Assembly (NCBI GenBank): GCA_964016885.1
Contig: OZ024742.1
Coordinates: 163,742,001 to 163,806,000 of the forward strand
Source: Eledone cirrhosa
Taxonomy: Eukaryota
Reading direction: 5' to 3'
DNA length: 64,000 nucleotides
Positions 13,301-25,300 of the stretch are shown in pieces. The notes below the pieces were generated by a model. It made no database searches. It worked only from the letters and a program-made list of their open reading frames with translations, and was not told the origin of the DNA. Numbering within the stretch: the first letter of the stretch is position 1; each line of letters begins with the position of its first letter. The translations under genes were made by a program, and so were the position numbers.

Positions 13301-16300
13301 CACGGCTGGAAATTATCTCCCCTTAGACGGCTAGAAATTACCTCTCCTTGGACGGCTGAAAATTATCTCCCCTTGGACGGCTGGAAATTATCTCCCCTTG
13401 GCTGGAAATTATCTCCCCTTGGACGGCTAGAAATTATCTCTCTTTGGACGGCTGGAAATTATCTCCCCTTGATTTTTATTACAAATTATCTCCCCCTGAT
13501 TTTTAAAAAAAAAATTATCTCCCCTTCGCTGGCTGGAAATTATCTTCCCTTGGACGGCTGGAAATTATCTCCCCTTGATTTTTTTACAAATTATCTCCCC
13601 CTGATTTTTTTTACAAATATTCTCCCCCTGATTTTTTTTTACAAATTATCTCCCTCTGATTTTTTTTTACAAATTATCTCCGCCTGATTTTTTTAAAAAA
13701 ATTATCTCCCCTTGGACGGCTGGAAATTATCTCCCCTTGGACGGCTGGAAATTATCTCCCCTTGGACGGCTAGAAATTACCTCTCCTTGGACGGCTGAAA
13801 ATTATCTCCCCCTGATTTTTTTTACAAATTATCTCCGCCTAATTTTTTTAAATATTATCTTCCCTTGGCTGGCGGGAAATTATCTCCCCTTGGACGGCTG
13901 AAAATTATCTCCCCTTGGACGGCTGGAAATTATCTCCCCTTGATTTTTTTACAAATTATCTCCCCCTGATTATTTTTTACAAATTATCTCCCCCTGATTT
14001 TTTTTTACAAATTATCTCCCCCTGATTTTTTTTACAAATTATCTCCCCCTGATTTTTTTACAAATTATCTCCCCTTGGCTGGCTGGAAATTATCTCCCCT
14101 TGGAGGCTGGAATTTATCACCCCTTGGACGGTTAGAAATTACCTCTCCTTGGACGGCTGGAAAATATGTCTCCTTGGACGGCTGGAAATTATCTCCCCTT
14201 GGACGGCTGGAAATTATCTCTCCTCGGACGGCTAGAAATTACCTCTCCTTGGACGGCTGAAAATTATCTCCCCTTGGACGGCTGGAAATTATCTCCCCTT
14301 GATTTTTTTTACAAATTATCTCCGCCTGATTTTTTTAAAAATTATCTTCCCTTGGCTGGCGGGAAATTATCTCCCCTTGGACGGCTGGAAATTATCTCCC
14401 CTTGGAAGGATGGAAATTATCTCCCCTTGGACGGCTGGAAATTATCTCCCCTTGCACGGCTGGAAATTATCTCCCCTTGGACAGCTGGAAATTATCTGCC
14501 CTTGATTTTGTTTTTACAAATTATCTCCCCCTGATTTTTTTTACAAATTATCTCCACCTGATTTTTTAAAAAATTATCTCCCCTTGGACGGCTGGAAATT
14601 ATCTCCCCTTGGACGGCTAGAAATTATCTCTCTTTGGACGGCTGGAAATTATCTCCCTTTGATTTTTTTTACAAATTATCTCCCTCTGATTTTTTTTACA
14701 AATTTCCCCCTGATTTTTTTAAAAAAATTATCTCCCCTTCGCTGGCTGGAAATTATCTCCCCTTGGACACTGGAAATTATAGCCCCTTGGAGGGCTGGAA
14801 ATTATCTTCCCTTGAACGGCTGGAAATTATCTCCCCTTGATTTTTTTTACAAATTATCTCCCCATGATTTTTTTTTACAAATTATCTCCCCCTGATTTTT
14901 TTTTACAAATTATCTCCGCCTGATTTTTTTTTTAAATTATCTCTCCTTGGACGGCTGGAAATTATCTCCCCTTGATTTTTTTTACATATCATCTCCCCCT
15001 GATTTTTTTTTACAAATTATCTCCCCCTGATTTTTTTTTACAAATTATCTACCCCTGATTTTTTTTACAAATTATCTCCACCTGATTTTTTTACAAATTA
15101 TCTCCCGCTGATTTTTTTTACAAATTATCTCCGCCTAATTTTTTTAAATATTATCTCCCCTTGGACGGCTGAAAATTATCTCCCCTTGGACGGCTGGAAA
15201 TTATCTCCCCTTGATTTTTTTACAAATTATCTCCCCCTGATTATTTTTTACAAATTATCTCCCCCTGATTTTTTTTTACAAATTATCTCCCCCTGATTTT
15301 TTTTACAAATTATCTCCCCTTGGAGGCTGGAATTTATCTCCCCTTGGACGGTTAGAAATTACCTCTCCTTGGACGGCTGGAAAATATGTCTCCTTGGACG
15401 GCTGGAAATTATCTCCCCTTGGACGGCTGGAAATTATCTCCCCTTGCACGGCTGGAAATTATCTCTCCTCGGACGGCTAGAAATTGCCTCTCCTTGGACG
15501 GCTGAAAATTATCTCCCCTTGGACGGCTGGAAATTATCTCCCCTTGATTTTTTTTACAAATTATCTCCCCCTGATTTTTTTTTACAAATTATCTCCCCCT
15601 GATTTTTTTTTACAAATTATCTCCCCCTCATTTTTTTTTTAAAATTATCCTCCCCTGATTTTTTTACAAATTATCTCCCCTTGGCTGGCTGGAAATTATC
15701 TCCCCTTGGAGGCTGGAATTTATCTCCCCTTGGACGGCTAGAAATTACCTCGCTTTGGACGGTTGGAAAATATGTCTCCTTGGACGGCTGGAAATTATCT
15801 CCCCTTGGACGGCTGGAAATTATCTCCCCTTGGACGGCTGGAAATTATCTCCCCTTGGACGGCTAGATATTACCTCCCCTTGGACGGCTGGAAATTATCT
15901 CCCCTTGATTTTTTTTACAAATTATCTCCCCCTGATTTTTTTTTACAAATTATCTCCCCCTGATTTTTTTTACGAATTATCTCCCCCTGATTTTTTTTTA
16001 CAAATTATCTCCGCCTGATTTTTTTTTAAAAATTATCCCCCTTGAACGGCTGGAAATTATCTCCCCTTGGACGGCTGGAAATTATCTCCCCTTGGACGGC
16101 TAGAAATTACCTCTCCTTGGACGGCTGAAAATTATCTCCCATTGGACGGCTGCAAATTATCTCCCCTTGATTTTTTTAACAAATTATCTCCCCCTGATTT
16201 TTTCTTACAAATTATCTCCCCCTGATTTTTTTTTACAAATTATCTACGCCTATTTTTTTTTACAAATTATCTCCCCCTGATTTATTTTACAAATTATCTC

Positions 16301-19300
16301 CCCCTGATTTTTTTTACAAATTATCTCCCCCTGATTTTTTTTTACAAATTATCTCCCCCTGATTTTTTTACAAATTATCTCCCCCCTGATTTTTTTTACA
16401 ATCTCCGCCTGATTTTTTTAAAAATTATCTTCCCTTGGCTGGCGGGAAATTATCTCCCCTTGGACGGCTGGAAATTATATCCCCTTGGAAGGATGGAAAT
16501 TATCTCCCCTTGGACGGCTGGAAATTATCTCCCCTTGTACGGCTGGAAATTATCTCCCCTTGGACAGCTGGAAATTATCTGCCCTTGATTTTGTTTTTAC
16601 AAATTATCTCCCCCTGATTTTTTTTACAAATTATCTCCACCTGATTTTTTAAAAAATTATCTCCCCTTGGACGGCTGGAAATTATCTCCCCTTGATTTTT
16701 TTTACAAATTATCTCCCCCTGATTTTTTTTTACAAATTATCTCCCCCTGATTTTTTTTTACAAATTATCTTCGCCTGATTTTTTTTAAAAATTATCTCTC
16801 CTTGGACGGCTGGATATTATCTCCCCTTTCATTTTTTTTACAAATTATCTCCCCCTGATTTTTTTTTACAAATTATCTACCCCTGATTTTTTTTTACAAA
16901 TTATCTCCCCCTGATTTTTTTTACAAATTATCTCCCCCTGATTTTTTTTTTACAAATTATCTCCCCCTGATTTTTTTACAAATTATCTCCCCCTGATTTT
17001 TTTTACAAATTATCTCCGCCTGATTTTTTTAAATATTATCTTGCCTTGGCTGGCGGGAAATAATCTCCCCTTGGACGGCTGAAAATTATCTCCCCTTGGA
17101 CGGCTGGAAATTATCTCCCCTTGATTTTTTTTACAAATTATCTCCCCCTAATATTTTTTTACAAATTATCTCCCCCTGATTTTTTTTTACAAATTATCTC
17201 CCCCTGATTTTTTTTTACAAATTATCTCCCCCTGATTTTTTTTACAAATTATCTTCCCATGATTTTTTTACAAATTATCTCCCCTTGGCTGGCTGGAAAT
17301 TATCTCCCCTTGGAGGCTGGAATTAATCTCCCCTTGGACGGCTAGTAATTACCTCTCCTTGGACGGCTGGAAAATATGTCTCCTTGGACGGCTGGATATT
17401 ATCTACCCTTGGACGGCTGGAAATTATCTCCCCTTGGACGGCTGGAAATTATCTCCCCTTGGACGGCTAGATATTACCTCCCCTTGGACGGCTGGAAATT
17501 ATCTCGCCTTGATTTTCTTTACAAATTATCTCCCCCTGATTTTTTTTACAAATTATCTCCCCCTGATTTTTTTACAAATTATCTCCCCCTGATTTTTTTT
17601 ACAAATTATCTCCGCCTAATTTTTTTAAATATTATCTTCCCTTGGCTGGCGGGAAATTATCTCCCCTTGGACGGCTGAAAATTATCTCCCCTTGGACGGC
17701 TGGAAATTATCTCCCCTTGATTTTTTTTACAAATTATCTCCCCCTGATTATTTTTTACAAATTATCTCTTCCTGATTTTTTTTACAAATTATCTCCCCCT
17801 GATTTCTTTTACAAATTATCTCCCCCTGATCTTTTTACAAATTATCTCCCCTTGGCTGGCTGGAAATTATCTCCCCTTGGAGGCTGGAATTTATCTCCCA
17901 TTGGACGGCTAGAAATTACCTCTCCTTGGACGGCTGGAAAATATGTCTCCTTGGACGGCTGGAAATTATCTCCCCTTGGACGGCTGGAAATTATCTCCCC
18001 TTGGACGGCTGGAAATTATCTCTCCTTGGACGGCTAGAAATTACCTCTCCTTGGACGGCTGAAAATTATCTCCCCTTGGACGGCTGGAAATTATCTCCCC
18101 TTGATTTTTTTTACAAATTATCTCCCCCTGATTTTTTTTTACAAATTATCTCCCCCTGATTTTTTTTTACAAATTATCTCCCCCTGATTTTTTTTTACAA
18201 ATTATCTCCCCCTGATATTTTTTACAAATTATCTCCCCCTGATTTTTTTACAAATTATCTCCCCTTGGCTGGCTGGAAATTATCTCCCCTTGGAGGCTGG
18301 AATTTATCTCCCCTTGGACGGCTAGAAATTACCTCGCCTTGGACGGCTGGAAAATATGTCTCCTTGGACGGCTGGAAATTATCTCCCCTTGGACGGCTGG
18401 AAATTATCTCCCCTTGGACGGCTAGATATTACCTCCCCTTGGACGGCTGGAAATTATCTCCCCTTGATTTTTTTTTACAAATTATCTCCCCCTGATTTTT
18501 TTTTACAAATTATCTCCCCCTGATTTTTTTTTACGAATTATCTCCCCCTGATTTTTTTTACAAATTATCTCCGCCTGATTTTTTTAAAAAAATTATCTCC
18601 CCTTGGACGGCTGGAAATTATCTCCCCTTGATTTTTTTTACAAATTATCTCCCCCTGATTTTTTTTTACAAATTATCTCCCCCTGATTTTTTTTTACAAA
18701 TTATCTACCCCTGATTTTTTTTTACAAATTATCTCCCCCTTATTTTTTTTACAAATTATCTCCCCCTGATTTTTTTTTTACAAATTATCTTCGCCTGATT
18801 TTTTTAAAAAAATTATCTCCCCTTGGACGGCTTGAAATTATCTCCCCTTGGACGGCTGGAAATTATCTCCCCTTGGACGGCTAGAAATTACCTCTACTTG
18901 GACGGCTGAAAATTATCTCCCCTTGGACGGCTGCAAATTATCTCCCCTTGATTTTTTTTACAAATTATCTCCCCCTGATTTTTTTTTACAAATTATCTCC
19001 CCTTGATTTTTTTTCTACAAATTATCTCCCCCTGATTTTTTTTACAATCTCCGCCTGATTTTTTAAAAAATTATCTTCCCTTGGCTGGCGGGAAATTATC
19101 TCCCCTTGGACGGCTGGAAATTATCTCCCCTTGGAAGGATGGAAATTATCTCCCCTTGCACGGCTGGAAATTATCTCCCCTTGGACAGCTGGAAATTATC
19201 TGCCCTTTATTTTGTTTTTACAAATTATCTCCCCCTGATTTTTTTTACAAATTATCTCCACCTGATTTTTTAAAAAATTATCTCCCCTTGGACGGCTGGA

Positions 19301-22300
19301 AATTATCTCCCCTTGGCTGGAAATTATCTCTCCTTGGACGGCTGGAAATTATCTCCCTTTGATTTTTTTTACAAATTATCTCCCTCTGATTTTTTTTACA
19401 AATTTCCCCCTGATTTAAAAAAAAAAATTATCTCCCCTTCGCTGGCTGGAAATTATCTCCCCTTGGACACTGGAAATTATAGCCCCTTGGAGGGCTGGAA
19501 ATTATCTTCCCTTGGACGGCTGGAAATTATCTCCCCTTGATTTTTTTTACAAATTATCTCCCCCTGATTTTTTTTTACAAATTATCTCCCCCTGATTTTT
19601 TTTTACAAATTACCTCCGCCAGATTTTTTTTTAAAATTATCTCTCCTTGGACGGCTGGAAATTATCTCCCCTTGATTTTTTTTACAAATTATCTCCCTCT
19701 GATTTTTTTTTTACAAATTATCTCCCCCTGATTTTTTTTTACAAATTATCTACCCCTGATTTTTTTTTACAAATTATCTCCCCCTGATTTTTTTTACAAA
19801 TTATCTCCCCCTGATTTTTTTTACAAATTATCTCCCCCTGATTTTTTTACAAATTATCTCCCCCTGATTTTTTTTACAAATTATCTCCGCCTAATTTTTT
19901 TAAATATTATCTTCCCTTGGCTGGCGGGAAATTATCTCCCCTTGGACGGCTGAAAATTATCTCCCCTTGGACGGCTGGAAATTATCTCCCCTTGATTTTT
20001 TTACAAATTATCTCCCCCTGATTATTTTTTACAAATTATCTCCCCCTGATTTTTTTTTACAAATTATCTCCCCCTGATTTTTTTTACAAATTATCTCCCC
20101 CTGATTTTTTTACAAATTATCTCCCCTTGGCTGGCTGGAAATTATCTCCCCTTGGAGGCTGGAATTTATCACCCCTTGGACGGTTAGAAATTACCTCTCC
20201 TTGGACGGCTGGAAAATATGTCTCCTTGGACGGCTGGAAATTATCTCCCCTTGGACGGCTGGAAATTATCTCTCCTCGGACGGCTAGAAATTACCTCTCC
20301 TTGGACGGCTGAAAATTATCTCCCCTTGGACGGCTGGAAATTATCTCCCCTTGATTTTTTTTACAAATTATCTCCGCCTGATTTTTTTAAAAATTATCTT
20401 CCCTTGGCTGGCGGGAAATTATCTCCCCTTGGACGGCTGGAAATTATCTCCCCTTGGAAGGATGGAAATTATCTCCCCTTGGACGGCTGGAAATTATCTC
20501 CCCTTGCACGGCTGGAAATTATCTCCCCTTGGACAGCTGGAAATTATCTGCCCTTGATTTTGTTTTTACAAATTATCTCCCCCTGATTTTTTTTACAAAT
20601 TATCTCCACCTGATTTTTTAAAAAATTATCTCCCCTTGGACGGCTGGAAATTATCTCCCCTTGGACGGCTAGAAATTATCTCTCTTTGGACGGCTGGAAA
20701 TTATCTCCCTTTGATTTTTTTTACAAATTATCTCCCTCTGATTTTTTTTACAAATTTCCCCCTGATTTTTTTAAAAAAATTATCTCCCCTTCGCTGGCTG
20801 GAAATTATCTCCCCTTGGACACTGGAAATTATAGCCCCTTGGAGGGCTGGAAATTATCTTCCCTTGAACGGCTGGAAATTATCTCCCCTTGATTTTTTTT
20901 ACAAATTATCTCCCCATGATTGTTTTTTACAAATTATCTCCCCCTGATTTTTTTTTACAAATTATCTCCGCCTGATTTTTTTTTTAAATTATCTCTCCTT
21001 GGACGGCTGGAAATTATCTCCCCTTGATTTTTTTTACATATCATCTCCCCCTGATTTTTTTTTACAAATTATCTCCCCCTGATTTTTTTTTACAAATTAT
21101 CTACCCCTGATTTTTTTTACAAATTATCTCCACCTGATTTTTTTACAAATTATCTCCCGCTGATTTTTTTTACAAATTATCTCCGCCTAATTTTTTTAAA
21201 TATTATCTCCCCTTGGACGGCTGAAAATTATCTCCCCTTGGACGGCTGGAAATTATCTCCCCTTGGACGGCTGGAAATTATCTCCCCTTGCACGGCTGGA
21301 AATTATCTCTCCTCGGACGGCTAGAAATTACCTCTCCTTGGACGGCTGAAAATTATCTCCCCTTGGACGGCTGGAAATTATCTCCCCTTGATTTTTTTTA
21401 CAAATTATCTCCCCCTGATTTTTTTTTACAAATTATCTCCCCCTGATTTTTTTTTACAAATTATCTCCCCCTCATTTTTTTTTTTAAATTATCCTCCCCT
21501 GATTTTTTTACAAATTATCTCCCCTTGGCTGGCTGGAAATTATCTCCCCTTGGAGGCTGGAATTTATCTCCCCTTGGACGGCTAGAAATTACCTCGCTTT
21601 GGACGGTTGGAAAATATGTCTCCTTGGACGGCTGGAAATTATCTCCCCTTGGACGGCTGGAAATTATCTCCCCTTGGACGGCTGGAAATTATCTCCCCTT
21701 GGACGGCTAGATATTACCTCCCCTTGGACGGCTGGAAATTATTTCCCCTTGATTTTTTTTACAAATTATCTCCCCCTGATTTTTTTTTACAAATTATCTC
21801 CCCCTGATTTTTTTTACGAATTATCTCCCCCTGATTTTTTTTTACAAATTATCTCCGCCTGATTTTTTTTAAAAAATTATCCCCCTTGAACGGCTGGAAA
21901 TTATCTCCCCTTGGACGGCTGGAAATTATCTCCCCTTGGACGGCTAGAAATTACCTCTCCTTGGACGGCTGAAAATTATCTCCCATTGGACGGCTGCAAA
22001 TTATCTCCCCTTGATTTTTTTAACAAATTATCTCCCCCTGATTTTTTTTTACAAATTATCTCCCCCTGATTTTTTTTTACAAATTATCTACGCCTAATTT
22101 TTTTTACAAATTATCTCCCCCTGATTTTTTTTACAAATTATCTCCCCCTGATTTTTTTTACAAATTATCTCCCCCTGATTTTTTTTTACAAATTATCTCC
22201 CCCTGATTTTTTTACAAATTATCTCCCCCCTGATTTTTTTTACAATCTCCGCCTGATTTTTTTTAAAATTATCTTCCCTTGGCTGGCGGGAAATTATCTC

Positions 22301-25300
22301 CCCTTGGACGGCTGGAAATTATATCCCCTTGGAAGGATGGAAATTATCTCCCCTTGGACGGCTGGAAATTATCTCCCCTTGTACGGCTGGAAATTATCTC
22401 CCCTTGGACAGCTGGAAATTATCTGCCCTTGATTTTGTTTTTACAAATTATCTCCCCCTGATTTTTTTTACAAATTATCTCCACCTGATTTTTTAAAAAA
22501 TTATCTCCCCTTGGACGGCTGGAAATTATCTCCCCTTGATTTTTTTTACAAATTATCTCCCCCTGATTTTTTTTTACAAATTATCTCCCCCTGATTTTTT
22601 TTTACAAATTATCTTCGCCTGATTTTTTTTAAAAATTATCTCTCCTTGGACGGCTGGATATTATCTCCCCTTTCATTTTTTTTACAAATTATCTCCCCCT
22701 GATTTTTTTTTACAAATTATCTACCCCTGATTTTTTTTTACAAATTATCTCCCCCTGATTTTTTTTACAAATTATCTCCCCCTGATTTTTTTTTTACAAA
22801 TTATCTCCCCCTGATTTTTTTACAAATTATCTCCCCCTGATTTTTTTTACAAATTATCTCCGCCTGATTTTTTTAAATATTATCTTGCCTTGGCTGGCGG
22901 GAAATAATCTCCCCTTGGACGGCTGAAAATTATCTCCCCTTGGACGGCTGGAAATTATCTCCCCTTGATTTTTTTTACAAATTATCTCCCCCTAATATTT
23001 TTTTACAAATTATCTCCCCCTGATTTTTTTTTACAAATTATCTCCCCCTGATTTTTTTTTACAAATTATCTCCCCATGATTTTTTTACAAATTATCTCCC
23101 CTTGGAGGCTGGAATTAATCTCCCCTTGGACGGCTAGAAATTACCTCTCCTTGGACGGCTGGAAAATATGTCTCCTTGGACGGCTGGATATTATCTACCC
23201 TTGGACGGCTGGAAATTATCTCCCCTTGGACGGCTGGAAATTATCTCCCCTTGGACGGCTAGATATTACCTCCCCTTGGACGGCTGGAAATTATCTCGCC
23301 TTGATTTTCTTTACAAATTATCTCCCCCTGATTTTTTTTACAAATTATCTCCCCCTGATTTTTTTACAAATTATCTCCCCCTGATTTTTTTTACAAATTA
23401 TCTCCGCCTAATTTTTTTAAATATTATCTTCCCTTGGCTGGCGGGAAATTATCTCCCCTTGGACGGCTGAAAATTATCTCCCCTTGGACGGCTGGAAATT
23501 ATCTCCCCTTGATTTTTTTTACAAATTATCTCCCCCTGATTATTTTTTACAAATTATCTCTTCCTGATTTTTTTTACAAATTATCTCCCCCTGATTTCTT
23601 TTACAAATTATCTCCCCCTGATCTTTTTACAAATTATCTCCCCTTGGCTGGCTGGAAATTATCTCCCCTTGGAGGCTGGAATTTATCTCCCATTGGACGG
23701 CTAGAAATTACCTCTCCTTGGACGGCTGGAAAATATGTCTCCTTGGACGGCTGGAAATTATCTCCCCTTGGACGGCTGGAAATTATCTCCCCTTGGACGG
23801 CTGGAAATTATCTCTCCTTGGACGGCTAGAAATTACCTCTCCTTGGACGGCTGAAAATTATCTCCCCTTGGACGGCTGGAAATTATCTCCTCTTGATTTT
23901 TGTTACAAATTATCTCCCCCTGATTTTTTTTTACAAATTATCTCCCACTGATTTTTTTTTACAAATTATCTCCCCCTGATATTTTTTACAAATTATCTCC
24001 CCCTGATTTTTTTACAAATTATCTCCCCTTGGCTGGGTGGAAATTATCTCCCCTTGGAGGCTGGAATTTATCTCCCCTTGGACGGCTAGAAATTACCTCT
24101 CCTTGGACGGCTAGAAAATATGTCTCCTTGGACGGCTGGAAATTATCTCCCCTTGGACGGCTGGAAATTATCTCCTCTTGGACGGCTGGAAATTATCTCC
24201 CCTTGGGCGGCTAGATATTACCTCCCCTTGGACTACTGGAAATTATCTCCCCTTGATTTTTTTTACCAATTATCTCCCCCTGATTTTTTTTTACAAATTA
24301 TCTCCCCCTGATTTTTTTTTACGAATTATCTCCGCCTAATTTTTTTTTATAAATGATCTCCCCATGGACGGCTGGAAATTATCTGCCCTTGGACGGCTGG
24401 AAATTATCTCCCCTTGGACGGCTAGAAATTACCTCTCCTTGGACGGCTGAAAATTATCTCCCCTTGGACGGCTGCAAATTATCTCCCCTTGATTTTTTTA
24501 ACAAATTATCTCCCCCTGATTTTTTTTACAAATTATCTCCCCCTGATTTTTTTTACAAATTATCTACGCCTAATTTTTTTTACAAATTATCTCCCCCTGA
24601 TTTTTTTTTACAAATTATCTCCCCCTGATTTTTTTTTACAAATTATCTCCCCCTGATTTTTTTTTTACAAATTATCCCCCCCCTGATTTTTTTTACAATC
24701 TCCGCCTGATTTTTTTAAAAATTATCTTCCCTTGGCTGGCGGGAAATTATCTCCCCTTGGACGGCTGGAAATTATATCCCCTTGGAAGGATGGAAATTAT
24801 CTCCCCTTGGACGGCTGGAAATTATCTCCCCTTGGACGGCTGGAAATTATCTCCCCTTGGACAGCTGGAAATTATCTGCCCTTGATTTTGTTTTTACAAA
24901 TTATCTCCCCCTGATTTTTTTTACAAATTATCTCCACCTGATTTTTTTAAAAATTATCTCCCCTTGGACGGCAGTAAATTATCTCTCCTTGGCTGGAAAT
25001 TATCTCCCCTTGGACGGCTAGAAATTATCTCTATTTGGACGGCTGGAAATTATCTCCCTTTGATTTTTTTTACAAATTATCTCCCTCTGATTTTTTTACA
25101 AATCTCCCCCTGATTTTTTTTTACAAATTATCTCTCCCTGATTTTTTTTTTACAAATTATCTCCGCCTGATTTTTTTTTAAAATTATCTCCCCTTGGACG
25201 GCTGGAAATTATCTCCCCTTGGACGGCTGGAAATTATCTCCCCTTGGACGGCTAGAAATTACCTCTCCTTGGACGACTGAAAATTATCTCCCCTTGGACG

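Larger units (their letters stand above)
1..13810 (+). repeat. Copy 1 of a large segmental duplication (paralogue starts at 27801, offset 27,800-27,827 bp)
   Basis: Positions 1-60 equal 27801-27860, including the rare variants TTACCTTCCC and GGCTGGCCGG. ORF-track pairs give constant offsets: 41/27841 and 5611/33411 (27800), 5923/33750 (27827), 7609/35435 and 12017/39843 (27826). The left end probably lies outside the window. Confidence 0.95.
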
